Shown: positions 52,891 through 63,062 of the stretch, in pieces
How the letters are laid out: each line of letters opens with the position of its first letter
Position numbering within the stretch: the stretch's first letter is position 1
Source: Clostridia bacterium
GTDB taxonomy: Bacteria > Bacillota > Clostridia > Oscillospirales > Acutalibacteraceae
Length of the DNA stretch: 64,000 nt
Direction: 5' to 3'
NCBI GenBank assembly: GCA_017518415.1
Contig: JAFWVC010000060.1
Coordinates: forward strand, 13,947-77,946
Translations under genes and position numbers: made by a program
The notes under the pieces: generated by a model
Told to the model about the DNA's origin: nothing
Seen by the model: the letters and a program-made list of their open reading frames with translations, nothing else
The model's database searches: none

Positions 52891-52919
52891 TTGCTTTTTT
52901 CGGATTTATCTGTTAATAT
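52891..52919 (+). promoter_or_regulatory. sigma-A type promoter for rpmB
   Basis: TTGCTT, 17 nt ending in TGt, then TAATAT. Confidence 0.5.
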
Positions 52920-52967
52920 GCTTTTGTTATCGTCTGATGACAATGCTCCCGAAGGAGGTGCAGATTG

Positions 52968-53156
52968 ATGGCAAAATGCGATTTTTGCGGAAAATGCGTC
53001 ACATTCGGCATTCAGGTGTCGCACTCACACAGGCGTTCCAACCGCACCTGGAAGGCTAATATCCGCCGCGTCAAGGCGATCGTCGACGGTTCGCCGAAGA
53101 GAGTGTATGCCTGCACCCGGTGCCTGCGTTCGGGTAAAGTGACCCGCGCAGTCTGA
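52968..53156 (+). CDS. rpmB: 50S ribosomal protein L28
   Basis: MAKCDFCGKCVTFGIQVSHSHRRSNRTWKANIRRVKA... GAAGGAGG RBS. Confidence 0.9.
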   Translation: MAKCDFCGKCVTFGIQVSHSHRRSNRTWKANIRRVKAIVDGSPKRVYACTRCLRSGKVTRAV

Positions 53157-53172
53157 TCTGCCGCCGCACATA

Positions 53173-53201
53173 AACGGCCGTGTATTACACGGCCGTTTTT
53201 T
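53173..53201 (+). terminator. intrinsic terminator after rpmB
   Basis: AACGGCCGTG-tatta-CACGGCCGTT followed by TTTT. Confidence 0.8.
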
Positions 53202-53220
53202 CGTTGTCTGCCGTATCGTC

Positions 53221-53252
53221 AAAAAAAGTCCCGGGCGGCTGCCCGGGACTTT
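53221..53252 (-). terminator. intrinsic terminator after the ABC ATPase gene
   Basis: AAAGTCCCGGGC-ggct-GCCCGGGACTTT. On the minus strand it is followed by TTTTTTT. Confidence 0.75.
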
Positions 53253-53268
53253 TGCTTGATACAGGGGA

Positions 53269-54414
53269 TCAGTTGCAGATGGTGCGTTCGGTCTCTTTGT
53301 CGAACAGATGGATCTTGGTGCTGTCGAGCACAATGTCGACGGTATCGCTCGGGTGAGCGGTCGTGGTCGGCTCGACGCGGGCGGTGAAGTTGAAACCTTC
53401 GACGTTGACGTACAGGAACACTTCGGCGCCCATAAGCTCGGTCACTTCAACGTCAGCCTTGATCTTATAGTCGGCATACTGTTCGAGATAACGCGGCTCG
53501 TCGTGCACATCTTCCGGACGGATGCCCATGATGACGGTCTTGTCCTCGTAGGGTTCGAGCGCACCTTTGGCGTTCTTCTCGGCCGGCAGCTTGATCTGAT
53601 ACTTTTTGCCCTTGGTGGTCTTGGTATCCTCGGAGCCGAACTCCACAAAGAAGTCGTCGCCCTTTTTGATCAGCTTGCTTTCGACAAAGTTCATCTGCGG
53701 GCTGCCGATAAAGCCGGCAACGAAGATGTTGACCGGGTTCTTATACAGGTTGGTAGGCGTATCGACCTGCTGGATCAGGCCTTCCTTCATGACGACGATC
53801 CGGTCGGCCATCGTCATGGCTTCGGTCTGGTCGTGGGTAACGTAAATGAAGGTGGTACCCAGTTTCTGGTGCAGTTTGGACAGCTCGGTCCTCATCTGCG
53901 CACGCAGTTTGGCGTCCAGGTTGGACAGCGGTTCGTCCAGCAGGAAGACCTTCGGTTCACGCACGATGGCGCGGCCCAGAGCAACACGCTGACGCTGACC
54001 GCCGGACAAAGCCTTCGGCTTTCTGTCGAGCAGGTGAGCGATGTCGAGGATGCGGGCGGCCTCTTCCACGCGGCGGCGGATCTCATCCTTCGGGGTCTTG
54101 CGCAGTTTCAGGCCGAACGCCATGTTCTCGAACACCGTCATGTGCGGATACAGGGCGTAGTTCTGGAACACCATGGCGATGTCGCGGTCCTTCGGGGCCA
54201 CGTCGTTGACCAGGCGGTCGCCGATGTACAGCTCGCCTTCGGTGATCTCTTCCAGGCCGGCGATCATACGCAGCGTGGTGGATTTACCGCAGCCGGAGGG
54301 GCCGACGAACACCAGAAACTCTTTATCCTTAATTTCCAGGTTGAAGTCGGAGACCGCCATCACGTTGCTGCCGCCGTATTTTTTGCAGATGTGTTTCAGA
54401 CTAAGACTTGCCAT
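53269..54414 (-). CDS. carbohydrate ABC transporter ATP-binding protein (MsmK/UgpC/MalK type), no linked permease
   Basis: [23 protein letters not shown] and [12 protein letters not shown], plus a C-terminal MalK-like TOBE/regulatory domain. Confidence 0.85.
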   Translation of the reverse strand: MASLSLKHICKKYGGSNVMAVSDFNLEIKDKEFLVFVGPSGCGKSTTLRMIAGLEEITEGELYIGDRLVNDVAPKDRDIAMVFQNYALYPHMTVFENMAFGLKLRKTPKDEIRRRVEEAARILDIAHLLDRKPKALSGGQRQRVALGRAIVREPKVFLLDEPLSNLDAKLRAQMRTELSKLHQKLGTTFIYVTHDQTEAMTMADRIVVMKEGLIQQVDTPTNLYKNPVNIFVAGFIGSPQMNFVESKLIKKGDDFFVEFGSEDTKTTKGKKYQIKLPAEKNAKGALEPYEDKTVIMGIRPEDVHDEPRYLEQYADYKIKADVEVTELMGAEVFLYVNVEGFNFTARVEPTTTAHPSDTVDIVLDSTKIHLFDKETERTICN

Positions 54415-54468
54415 ATTTTTTTACCTCCAATTGATGAAAGCATCTTTTGCTCCATTAAAGTTAATAAC

Positions 54469-54497
54469 ACTATATCAAATCGGCCCGAAAAGGTCAA
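54469..54497 (-). promoter_or_regulatory. sigma-A type promoter for the ABC ATPase gene
   Basis: Minus strand: TTGACC, 17 nt, TATAGT. Confidence 0.55.
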
Positions 54498-54555
54498 CCG
54501 CATTTCTCAACAAACTTTTGACACGATAGTTATGGATTTTATCTAAATGCAATTT

Positions 54556-55284
54556 TCACAAAAATAATACACCGTTTTGCAGGCTGAGGTCGATTTCCGA
54601 CGGCTTCAGCGGGCGGCATTCTCCCTCTTTCAGCGCGGGATCCAGCTCCAACGCGCCGATACGGCACCGTTTGAGCTGCTCGACGCCCAGCCCGATCGTG
54701 CCGAACATCCGCTTGATTTGATGGTATTTTCCTTCCGCAATTTCCACTTCCGCCAGTGCAGTAGATGTATCTTCTATAATTTTCAGTTCTGCCGGCAGAC
54801 ATTTTGTGCCATCCGCCAATTCCACACCGGCAGCGAACGCCTGCACGTGCGCCGGCAAAACCGGCCCGTCAAGCCGGACCAGATACCGCTTGCGGATCCC
54901 GCTGCGCGGCGCCAGCAGCCGATGGGCATACGCGCCGTCATTGGTCAAAATCACCAATCCGACGGTGTCCCGGTCCAGCCGGCCGGCCGGAAACAGCTGC
55001 CGGTGCTTCTCAGCCGGAGGCAGCAGATCAACCACCGTGCGTCGGTTCGGATCCCGGGATACGCACAAAATACCGGCCGGCTTATTGAGCATCCAGTACA
55101 CAAAACGCCGGTACGTCAGCGGCTTGCCGTCCACCGTCAGGCTGTCCTGCTCCGGGTCCACCTTGGTTTCCGGCCGGCGGCAGGCTTGTCCGTTGACAAG
55201 GACCCGGCCGGCCCGGATGATCCGGCCGGCCTGTGTACGGGTGATATCGCTTTGTGAGCAGATCAGTTTATCCAATCTCTCCAT
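54556..55284 (-). CDS. 16S/23S rRNA pseudouridine synthase (RsuA/RluF family)
   Basis: S4 domain at the N-terminus and the catalytic GRLDRDTVGLVILTNDG. Confidence 0.85.
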   Translation of the reverse strand: MERLDKLICSQSDITRTQAGRIIRAGRVLVNGQACRRPETKVDPEQDSLTVDGKPLTYRRFVYWMLNKPAGILCVSRDPNRRTVVDLLPPAEKHRQLFPAGRLDRDTVGLVILTNDGAYAHRLLAPRSGIRKRYLVRLDGPVLPAHVQAFAAGVELADGTKCLPAELKIIEDTSTALAEVEIAEGKYHQIKRMFGTIGLGVEQLKRCRIGALELDPALKEGECRPLKPSEIDLSLQNGVLFL

Positions 55285-55747
55285 AAGGATCCTCGTCCTT
55301 TCCGAGCGCCGTCAGGGCCTCCATGCGGGTGCCGTCCGGCGCGGATACGTCACCCGCCACCGGTTTGTCCCGGAAGGTATACAGATGCACCACGGCATCC
55401 CCTTCAGGCAGGTTGGTCACGGTATACGTCCAGCACTTGAGCCGTTTGCCCAAATAGGGCGTCAGGTCGAACCCGGCCTGCTGTTGCAGGGCGTTGTAGG
55501 TCTGCAGCGCCTCGTCCGGTTCCTCCGGCAGCAGCACCTCCTGCACACCGGCGCCGGCCTGCGCCTCATACCCCAGCCGACGCAGATAAGAAAGGCGCTG
55601 TGCCTCATCTGTCAGCATCACGCCGGCCGAAGCCCCCTTCTGCGGCAGGAATACCGACAGCAGCACCACCGCGATCAGCAGCAACAGACAGATCAGCAGC
55701 GAGATCAACTGCCTGCGATTGGTCTTAACGGAAAATACAAACATCAT
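55268..55747 (-). CDS. DUF4830-like membrane-anchored protein
   Basis: N-terminal TM helix, then ...RLSYLRRLGYE...LPEE...ALQTYNALQQQAGFDL... typical of DUF4830 (recollection). Confidence 0.65.
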   Translation of the reverse strand: MMFVFSVKTNRRQLISLLICLLLLIAVVLLSVFLPQKGASAGVMLTDEAQRLSYLRRLGYEAQAGAGVQEVLLPEEPDEALQTYNALQQQAGFDLTPYLGKRLKCWTYTVTNLPEGDAVVHLYTFRDKPVAGDVSAPDGTRMEALTALGKDEDPYGEIG

Positions 55748-55792
55748 AAACCCCTCCTGTCGCTATTATGTATGCGGCAAAAAGGGGAACTA

Positions 55793-56869
55793 TTACAGAC
55801 AGATCAGCTGCTTGGGAGAAGCCGTCATATCGGCAAACCCCTGTTCGGTCACAACGCCCATATCCTCTATACGCACGCCGAAACGCCCGGGCAGATAGAT
55901 GCCCGGTTCCACCGTAACCATACAGCCGGCCGGCAGTACCGTCGACGACAGAGAGGACAGGGTCGGCTTTTCGTGGATCTCCACACCCACGCCGTGCCCC
56001 GTCGAGTGGCCGAAGTACTCGCCGTACCCGGCCTGCCGGATGACCGACCGGGCCGCTTCGTCTGCCTGGGCGCCGGTGATGCCGGCGTGCAGCGCGGCGA
56101 TCGCGGCCAGCTGTGCCTGCAAAACAATATCATATATCCGCCGCTGTTCCGCCTGCGGGGTACCCACGGCCACCGTACGGGTCATATCCGCATGGTATCC
56201 GTCCAGCAGAGCGCCGAAGTCCATTGTGACGAAATCACCGGCCTGCACGGCGTAATCTCCCGGCTGCGCGTGCGGAAGCGACGTCTGCGGTCCCGCCGCC
56301 GCAATGGTGCGGAAGGAGATATCCTGCGCACCGTGACGGCGCATATAACTGTCCAGTTCCACGGCGATGTCCCGCTCCCGCACACCGGGGCGCAGCACAC
56401 CCAACACGTGGGTAAACGCCGCGTCGGTCAGCGCCTGCGCCTGCCGCAGCGTGGCCAGTTCCCGCTCGTCCTTGATGATACGCTGGCTCTCGATTTGCCG
56501 ATCCAGCGCGCCGTCGGTCACGATCTCCGTGTCCGGCAGGTACCCTTTCAGGACGTTCAGCCGGGCCAGCGTCGTCTGTTCCGCCTCGATGAACACCCGG
56601 CGGATGCCCGCCGTGCGCAGCCATGCGGCCGCGTCGCTCAGCAGCCGCTGCGCCAGCCGGCAGACCACCGGTGCGCCGATGCGCTGCTGCGCCGCCTCGA
56701 TATATCGTGAATCGGTCATAAACACCGCGTCTTCCCGCGTGATCAGCAGGGCGGCGGCGTCACAGATAAAGCCGGTATAATACAACGCGTTGTGTTCGCT
56801 GAAGATCAGCGCCGCGTCAGTCTTTTCCGGCAGCCAACGCGCCAGTACGGCGCACCGTCCGGCCGTCAT
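55793..56869 (-). CDS. Xaa-Pro aminopeptidase (M24B)
   Basis: [29 protein letters not shown] and EPGIY metal-ligand motifs. The ATG at 56869 overlaps the aroQ stop. Confidence 0.85.
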   Translation of the reverse strand: MTAGRCAVLARWLPEKTDAALIFSEHNALYYTGFICDAAALLITREDAVFMTDSRYIEAAQQRIGAPVVCRLAQRLLSDAAAWLRTAGIRRVFIEAEQTTLARLNVLKGYLPDTEIVTDGALDRQIESQRIIKDERELATLRQAQALTDAAFTHVLGVLRPGVRERDIAVELDSYMRRHGAQDISFRTIAAAGPQTSLPHAQPGDYAVQAGDFVTMDFGALLDGYHADMTRTVAVGTPQAEQRRIYDIVLQAQLAAIAALHAGITGAQADEAARSVIRQAGYGEYFGHSTGHGVGVEIHEKPTLSSLSSTVLPAGCMVTVEPGIYLPGRFGVRIEDMGVVTEQGFADMTASPKQLICL

Positions 56870-57294
56870 CGCTCTGCCAGCGCCCGCAGCGCCAACACGT
56901 ACCCCTGCGTGCCGAGCCCGCAGATCTGCCCGGCGCACACCGGTGCGATCACCGATTCGTGCCGGAACGGCTCACGGGCATAGACGTTGCTGATGTGTAC
57001 CTCGATCACCGGGATGCCGATCGCCGCAATCGCATCCCGCAGGGCGTAACTGTAATGAGTATAGGCGCCGGCATTAAACACCACGCCGTCGTGCTCCGTG
57101 CGGGCCCGGTGCAGCAGATCGATCAGTTCTCCCTCGCTGTTGCTCTGGGCAAAAGCTACCTCGACGTGCAGTTCGTCCGCAGCGGCCTGCACCAGGCGGC
57201 ACAGCGCGTCATACCCGTCGGTGCCGTAGATCTCCGGCTCGCGGATACCCAGCAGGTTCAGGTTCGGCCCGTTGAGGATCAGTATGCGTTTCAT
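56866..57294 (-). CDS. aroQ: type II 3-dehydroquinate dehydratase
   Basis: [21 protein letters not shown], and [13 protein letters not shown]. Confidence 0.9.
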   Translation of the reverse strand: MKRILILNGPNLNLLGIREPEIYGTDGYDALCRLVQAAADELHVEVAFAQSNSEGELIDLLHRARTEHDGVVFNAGAYTHYSYALRDAIAAIGIPVIEVHISNVYAREPFRHESVIAPVCAGQICGLGTQGYVLALRALAER

Positions 57295-58151
57295 CGGATC
57301 GTCTCCTTACAAGCGCGATAGATTTCCGCCAGCGTCGCGGCGTCTTCCGCCTGCGTGCCGTCGGATTCACAAATGAAAACGGGTTCCCAGTCCCGTTCGG
57401 CTATCAGTTGCAGCAGCGGCGCCGGTTCCGGGCCGAACTGCGTGTCCGCCAGGGTCAGGTGATGGCTCTCCCCGCCCTGCGTATAGGCAATTTTGGAAAA
57501 ATGCACGTGCATCCGCCGGGCGCGCTGCTCCCCGAGGGCGTTCGCCACCCGGTCCAGCACGGCGGCGTATTCTTCGCGGCCTTTCAGTCCGCCGAGCGTC
57601 CGGCAGTTCAGGTGCCCGAAATCCACGCACGGCAGAAACCGCTCGTCGCACAGGCACATATCCAGCACTTCCTGCAAATCGCCCAGCTGGTTGATCTTGC
57701 CCATCGTTTCGGGGCAGATATGTACCTGACCGAGCCCTTCCTCGTCGAGCACACGCTGCGCGCGGCGCAGCGTGTCGCAGGCCAGTGCCGTCGCCTGCGG
57801 GCGCGGCAGCCCGCACAGCCCGCCGGGGTGCACAACGATGCGGTCGCCCCCCATGTCGACCACCGCGCGGGCGCTGTCGCGGATATAGGTCAGGCTGTTG
57901 TCCCGCTTTTCCGCCTCAGCCGAGGCCAATGAAATAAAATACGGCGCGTGCACCGAAACACGGATCCCCGCGGCGGCGGCGTCCGCTTTGAGCACCGCCG
58001 CGGCGGCGGCGTTATACCGCACGCCCCGGCCGCATTGATACTCAAAAGCCGTCAGCCCGTGCCGGACCAGAAAAGCCGGGATTTCTTCCGTTTTTTTGTA
58101 TCCTTCGGCCGCAAACAGCGCGCCGTTGCCGGCCGGCCCGAACCGCGTCAT
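57291..58151 (-). CDS. endonuclease IV-like / xylose-isomerase-like TIM-barrel protein
   Basis: [17 protein letters not shown] and DFGHLN motifs resemble the AP endonuclease 2 fold. Confidence 0.65.
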   Translation of the reverse strand: MTRFGPAGNGALFAAEGYKKTEEIPAFLVRHGLTAFEYQCGRGVRYNAAAAAVLKADAAAAGIRVSVHAPYFISLASAEAEKRDNSLTYIRDSARAVVDMGGDRIVVHPGGLCGLPRPQATALACDTLRRAQRVLDEEGLGQVHICPETMGKINQLGDLQEVLDMCLCDERFLPCVDFGHLNCRTLGGLKGREEYAAVLDRVANALGEQRARRMHVHFSKIAYTQGGESHHLTLADTQFGPEPAPLLQLIAERDWEPVFICESDGTQAEDAATLAEIYRACKETIR

Positions 58152-58657
58152 TTGACATTCTCCTTCCGGCGGCGATAGCGCCGCAGGATCCTTTTCTCAA
58201 AAATCCGTTTGAAAGCGAGGAACGGATGCCCCTTTTCCTCCTGAATCGGCAGTACCTGGATGCAGTACAGCCGGCTGAGCCGGGCGCCGAGCACGTCGGT
58301 AAACACCTGATCCCCGATGACGGCGCATTGCTGCCGCGTCAGCCCCAACGCCCGCCGGGCCCGCCGGAAACCGGAGGGCAGCGGCTTGTGCGCCTTGGAC
58401 ACAAAGGGCAGCCCCGTCAGCTGGGCGAAGGGCCTGGTCCGCTCAAAATTGTTGTTGGATATGATCACGGCCCGTATGCCGCAGGCCGCCACCTCGTCCA
58501 GCCACGTGCGCACCGCAGGGTCCAGCTGCTGGCTGTTGTGCGTGGTCAGGGTATTGTCCGCATCCAGCAGCAGGCCGCGCACGCCGCTTTCCGCCAGCTG
58601 CCGGGGATCAATATCGGTCACGCGCGGCACCAGCCGGTTCGGATAAAAAATCGACAT
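58148..58657 (-). CDS. YqeG-family HAD-IIIA phosphatase
   Basis: LLLDADNTL (DxD motif), and IGDQVFTDV. Confidence 0.8.
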   Translation of the reverse strand: MSIFYPNRLVPRVTDIDPRQLAESGVRGLLLDADNTLTTHNSQQLDPAVRTWLDEVAACGIRAVIISNNNFERTRPFAQLTGLPFVSKAHKPLPSGFRRARRALGLTRQQCAVIGDQVFTDVLGARLSRLYCIQVLPIQEEKGHPFLAFKRIFEKRILRRYRRRKENVK

Positions 58658-58674
58658 TGCGTTCTCCTTATACG

Positions 58675-58701
58675 CAAAAAGCGGGCAAGTGCCCGCTTTT
58701 T
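58675..58701 (-). terminator. intrinsic terminator after rpsU
   Basis: GCGGGC-aagt-GCCCGC. On the minus strand it is followed by TTTTTGC. Confidence 0.7.
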
Positions 58702-58710
58702 GGTTGACGC

Positions 58711-58887
58711 TTATTTGAATTTTCTCTTGCGAGCGGCCTCGGATTTCTTTTTGCGGCGCACAGACGGCTTTTCGTAATGTTCTCTTTTACGGACTTCCGC
58801 AAGCGTACCGGCACGGGCGCAGGATTTCTTCCAGCGGCGCAGCGCGCTGTCAAGGCTCTCGTTCTCTTTTACGTGGACTTCAGACAT
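58711..58887 (-). CDS. rpsU: 30S ribosomal protein S21
   Basis: Not in the ORF track (58 aa). GGAGGGAGGGAATAAA-ATG. Translation [58 protein letters not shown]. Confidence 0.85.
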   Translation of the reverse strand: MSEVHVKENESLDSALRRWKKSCARAGTLAEVRKREHYEKPSVRRKKKSEAARKRKFK

Positions 58888-58943
58888 TTTATTCCCTCCC
58901 TCCGCTTTGCAGCAGGGACTATTTTCCCATAGAACGCTTGTTA

Positions 58944-58972
58944 AGTATACAACAGCTTTTGTTTTTCGTCAA
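58944..58972 (-). promoter_or_regulatory. sigma-A type promoter for rpsU
   Basis: Minus strand: TTGACG, 17 nt, TATACT. Confidence 0.55.
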
Positions 58973-59040
58973 GCCCCTTGACCACAATTCTTGCAGGTAA
59001 TTTTACAAAAAGTTTACTTTTGGCCGGGTTCCTTCCAAAA

Positions 59041-59070
59041 GAACGCCCCGCAGCGTGCTGCGAGGCGTTC
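59041..59070 (-). terminator. intrinsic terminator after leuS
   Basis: Minus strand: GAACGCCTCGCAGC-acg-CTGCGGGGCGTTC followed by TTTTGG. Confidence 0.75.
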
Positions 59071-59074
59071 GCGT

Positions 59075-61495
59075 TTAACCTTTGATAACGAAGTTGATCA
59101 GTTTGCCCGGTACGTACAACTCTTTGACCAGCTGCCCGCCCGCCAGCAGTGCCGCGATCTTTTCATCGGCCCTGGCGGCGGCGTAAGCCGTCGGAGCATC
59201 GGCGCCGTTGGGAATCATCACGCGCGCCTTGACCTTGCCGTTGACCTGCACCGCGATCTCCACCGTGTCGGCCACGCACTTGGCCTGGTCAAACACCGGC
59301 CACGGCGCGTACGCCAGCTGCGCGCCGTTGTCGCCGTAAGTTTCCCACAACTCCTCGGTCATATGCGGCGCAAACGGGTTGAGCAGTTTCAACAGGATGC
59401 GATATTCCCCGCGGGTCACACTGCCGGCGGCGGTCAACTCGTTGAGCAGCGCCATAAGCGCCGCGATGGCGGTGTTGAACTTGAGGTTCTCCACGTCCTC
59501 CCCGACTTTGCGGATCGTCTTGTGGAAGGCCAGCTCCAGCGCGGGGCGCACGGCGTCCCCGTCCGCCACGTTATCCTGCAGCGCCCAGACGCGTTCCAGA
59601 AAGCGGCGGGAACCGCGCACACTGTCGGTCGACCAGGGAGCGGCTTTTTCGAAATCGCCGATGAACATTTCATACACGCGCAGCGTATCGGCGCCGAACT
59701 CCCGCACGATATCGTCCGGATTGACGACGTTCCCGCGGGATTTGCTCATCTTTTCGCCGCCCTTGCCGAGAATCATCCCGTGGCTGGTACGCTTGGCGTA
59801 CGGCTCCGCCGTCGGCACCTGCCCGATATCATACAGGAACTTGTACCAGAACCGGCTGTACAGCAGGTGCAGCGTGGTATGCTCCATCCCGCCGTTGTAC
59901 CAGTCGACCGGCAGCCAGTAGTCCAGCGCTTTGCGGGAGGCGAAGCCCTGCGCGTCGTGCGGGTCGGTATACCGCAGAAAATACCAGGACGAACCGGCCC
60001 ATTGCGGCATGGTATCGGTTTCCCGCTGCGCGGGCGCGCCGCAGTGCGGGCAGGGCACGTTGACCCAATCTTCTATCTGAGACAGCGGGCTTTCCCCGTT
60101 GTCCGTCGGCTCATAGCTGTCTACCTTCGGCAGGCGCACGGGCAGCTGATCCTCCGGCACCGGCACAAAGCCGCAGTGCGGACAATGCACGATCGGGATC
60201 GGCTCGCCCCAGTAACGCTGGCGGGAAAAGACCCAGTCGCGCAGCTTGTAGTTGACCTTTTTTTCACCTATACCTTTCTCGGTCAGGTACCTGATGATGG
60301 CCTGCTTGGCCTGCTCCACCGTCATCCCGTTGAGGAAGCCGGAGTTGACCATCACGCCGGTCTCACAGTCGGTAAAGGCTTCTTTTTCCACCTCGCCGCC
60401 CTTGACTACCTCCACGATGGGCAAACCGAACTTGCGGGCAAACTCCCAGTCTCTGGTGTCGTGGGCCGGCACCGCCATGATCGCGCCGGTACCGTAGGAC
60501 GTCAGCACGTAGTCGGACGTAAAGATCGGGATCTTCTCTCCGTTGACGGGGTTGATCGCCTCCACGCCGCACAGGCGCACGCCGGTCTTCTCCTTGGCCA
60601 CCTCGGTGCGCTCGAAGTCGGACTTCTGGTTGGCCAGTTTCTGATACGCAGCGATCTCGGCGGCGTTTTGCAGCAGTCCCTTTTCCATCCACTGCGCCAG
60701 CAGCGGATGCTCTGGCGAGACGACCATATACGTCGCGCCGAAAAGCGTATCCGGCCGGGTGGTGTAAATCAGCACCGGATCGCCGGCGGTCGTTTCAAAG
60801 CTCAGCTGCGCCCCTTCGGAGCGGCCGATCCAGTTGATCTGCTGCGCCTTGACGCGCTCGGGATAATCCACCAGCGCCAGGTCGTCGATCAGGCGCTGCG
60901 CATAAGCGGTGATCTTCAGCATCCACTGGCTTTTGACCTTGTGCACGACCTCGCCGCCGCAGCGCTCGCACACGCCGCCGACCACCTCTTCGTTGGCCAG
61001 CACGCATTTGCAGCCGGTGCACCAGTTGACGGCCATTTCTTTTTTATACGCCAGCCCGTGCTTGAACAGCTGCAGGAAGATCCATTGCGTCCATTTGTAA
61101 TATGCCGGATCGGTCGTGTTGATCTCGCGGGTCCAATCGAAGGACAGGCCCAGCGACTGCAGCTGCGCCTTGAAGCGGGCCACGTTGTTGCGCGTGACGA
61201 TTTCGGGATGGATGTGGTTTTTGATCGCAAAGTTCTCGGTCGGCAGGCCAAAAGCGTCCCATCCCATGGGATACAGCACGTTGTACCCCTGCATACGCCG
61301 CTTGCGCGCGATCACGTCCAGCGCCGTGTACGAGCGGGGATGCCCGACGTGCAGCCCCTGCCCGGACGGATAAGGAAACTCTACGAGTGCAAAATATTTC
61401 GGCTTATCGGAATCGTTGGAAGCGGCGAAGGTGTTCTTCTCCTCCCATTCCTGCTGCCACTTTTTTTCGATAACGGACGGATCATACGGTTTCAT
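59075..61495 (-). CDS. leuS: leucyl-tRNA synthetase
   Basis: [17 protein letters not shown] start, HIGH-type HVGHP, and KMSKS. Confidence 0.9.
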   Translation of the reverse strand: MKPYDPSVIEKKWQQEWEEKNTFAASNDSDKPKYFALVEFPYPSGQGLHVGHPRSYTALDVIARKRRMQGYNVLYPMGWDAFGLPTENFAIKNHIHPEIVTRNNVARFKAQLQSLGLSFDWTREINTTDPAYYKWTQWIFLQLFKHGLAYKKEMAVNWCTGCKCVLANEEVVGGVCERCGGEVVHKVKSQWMLKITAYAQRLIDDLALVDYPERVKAQQINWIGRSEGAQLSFETTAGDPVLIYTTRPDTLFGATYMVVSPEHPLLAQWMEKGLLQNAAEIAAYQKLANQKSDFERTEVAKEKTGVRLCGVEAINPVNGEKIPIFTSDYVLTSYGTGAIMAVPAHDTRDWEFARKFGLPIVEVVKGGEVEKEAFTDCETGVMVNSGFLNGMTVEQAKQAIIRYLTEKGIGEKKVNYKLRDWVFSRQRYWGEPIPIVHCPHCGFVPVPEDQLPVRLPKVDSYEPTDNGESPLSQIEDWVNVPCPHCGAPAQRETDTMPQWAGSSWYFLRYTDPHDAQGFASRKALDYWLPVDWYNGGMEHTTLHLLYSRFWYKFLYDIGQVPTAEPYAKRTSHGMILGKGGEKMSKSRGNVVNPDDIVREFGADTLRVYEMFIGDFEKAAPWSTDSVRGSRRFLERVWALQDNVADGDAVRPALELAFHKTIRKVGEDVENLKFNTAIAALMALLNELTAAGSVTRGEYRILLKLLNPFAPHMTEELWETYGDNGAQLAYAPWPVFDQAKCVADTVEIAVQVNGKVKARVMIPNGADAPTAYAAARADEKIAALLAGGQLVKELYVPGKLINFVIKG

Positions 61496-61859
61496 TGTTA
61501 CTTCTCCCATTCAGCAGCTGTTCCACCGGCACGGGTTCCCCGTCCTGCCACAGCCGTTCCAGATTATAAAACTCCCGCATCTGCGGGGTAAACACATGAA
61601 GGATTACGCTGCCGTAATCCAGCAGCACCCACCCGCCCGAGGAATACCCTTCGGTGCGCAGCGGCCGCACGCCGGCCTGCCCGAGTTTTTCCTCCACGTA
61701 ATCGCTCAAAGCGCGCACGTGGGTGTGCGAGGTGCCGGCGGCGATGATAAAATATTCGGCCAGTGACGATATTTTTTTGACCGACAGCACGCAGATCTCC
61801 TCCGCTTTATGCTCGTCCAGCGTGGCGACGGCCGTTTCCAGCAATTGTTGCGTCTGCAT
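61482..61859 (-). CDS. rsfS: ribosome silencing factor
   Basis: ...[34 protein letters not shown]...[14 protein letters not shown] is typical RsfS/Iojap. Confidence 0.9.
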   Translation of the reverse strand: MQTQQLLETAVATLDEHKAEEICVLSVKKISSLAEYFIIAAGTSHTHVRALSDYVEEKLGQAGVRPLRTEGYSSGGWVLLDYGSVILHVFTPQMREFYNLERLWQDGEPVPVEQLLNGRSNNETV

Positions 61860-61862
61860 AGA

Positions 61863-63062
61863 TCACTTTGCCTCCCGCGGGAGATATTCCGACAGCAGTT
61901 TGTATTCCGCCGGCTCCGTCGATATATCCGACAACTCCGGGATCCGCAGGTCGGACAGTGTCATCTTCGTCACGGGGTTGAAGCTCTGGTTGAACAGCTG
62001 CAGCAGCCCCTCCCGGTCCGCCGAATAATACTGCATGGCGCTTTTGGTCACGATCGCGCCGGGCATGGTATACACCAGCATCCGGTCGGTCTTGAGCGAC
62101 TGCATCTGCAGTACGAAGGCAATCAGGTCGTCCGGCGGCAGATCGGTACGGATCGGGGTGGATCCTCTTTGCAGCGGACGCAGCGTGTCCTCGTTATAGG
62201 CGGCCGCATCGAGCGACAGCACCCTTTCCAGCACCGACGCCATGACGCTGCGCTGACGTTCCAGCAGCTGTATTTCGCCTTGTACGCCGGGTTTGTCCGC
62301 ATGCGTCATATAATACAGCGCCGCCTCGCCGTCGACAATCTGGTCGCCCTTGCTGTACGTCAGTTCGCCCACCTTGATCTCACTGTCGAGGGTGATCATC
62401 ACGTCGTCCATCAGGTTGATCAGCTTGACCAGCGCCTGCTGCGGCACCAGAAAGTAGTGGTCCACCGGCATGCCGAGCTGGTCGTTGAACACGCTCATCA
62501 GGCTCAGCACGGCCGACCCGGTCCGCTTGGAGACGGCGGTCCCGCAGGTCAGATGCTTGCCGTTTTGTATCTGGTTCTCACTCAGCCGCTGCTTACACAG
62601 GTCGCACCAGTCGTAATCCCTGGGCTGCCCGAAAGTCAGGCCGGCGGTATGCACGGTGCCCCAGATCGCCTCATTGTCGATATACGTGGAAGGCGGGATC
62701 TGCATCATCCGCAGCTGGTTGTCCCGCTTATCGTGACAAATCAGTGTCAGGGACGCCATTGCGGAGGTGTCCTCCTTCCCCAGCACGCCCAGCACGTAAT
62801 AGGACACCTTGTCCTGATCCCTCTGCGCCGTGTGCTCGTACGGGCTCAGGTCCACCGACTCGGGCGCCTCGCCGTTGCCGGAAAAGATCTGCTTGTACAC
62901 ATACCGCCCCATAAGCACCATGAACAGTACCGAGGCGACCAGCAGCAGCACCATCAATACCATGACGATGATGCGGCCTTTGGCTTTTTTACGGCGTTTT
63001 TTGGGGCGGGCGGGGGAATCGGTCAACGCCACGCGGTTTCCGGCAGAATCTTTATTGCCCAT
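61863..63062 (-). CDS. LCP (LytR-CpsA-Psr) family protein
   Basis: Basic cytoplasmic N-terminus, one TM, then an LCP-like ectodomain (...SLTLICHDKRDNQLRMMQIPPSTY...). Confidence 0.75.
   Translation of the reverse strand: MGNKDSAGNRVALTDSPARPKKRRKKAKGRIIVMVLMVLLLVASVLFMVLMGRYVYKQIFSGNGEAPESVDLSPYEHTAQRDQDKVSYYVLGVLGKEDTSAMASLTLICHDKRDNQLRMMQIPPSTYIDNEAIWGTVHTAGLTFGQPRDYDWCDLCKQRLSENQIQNGKHLTCGTAVSKRTGSAVLSLMSVFNDQLGMPVDHYFLVPQQALVKLINLMDDVMITLDSEIKVGELTYSKGDQIVDGEAALYYMTHADKPGVQGEIQLLERQRSVMASVLERVLSLDAAAYNEDTLRPLQRGSTPIRTDLPPDDLIAFVLQMQSLKTDRMLVYTMPGAIVTKSAMQYYSADREGLLQLFNQSFNPVTKMTLSDLRIPELSDISTEPAEYKLLSEYLPREAK

Noticed and set aside
58668-58853. A 61-aa minus-strand ORF from the track.
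   Set aside because: It is an alternative frame of the rpsU locus. The S21 frame (58711..58887) has a strong RBS and an unmistakable S21 sequence.
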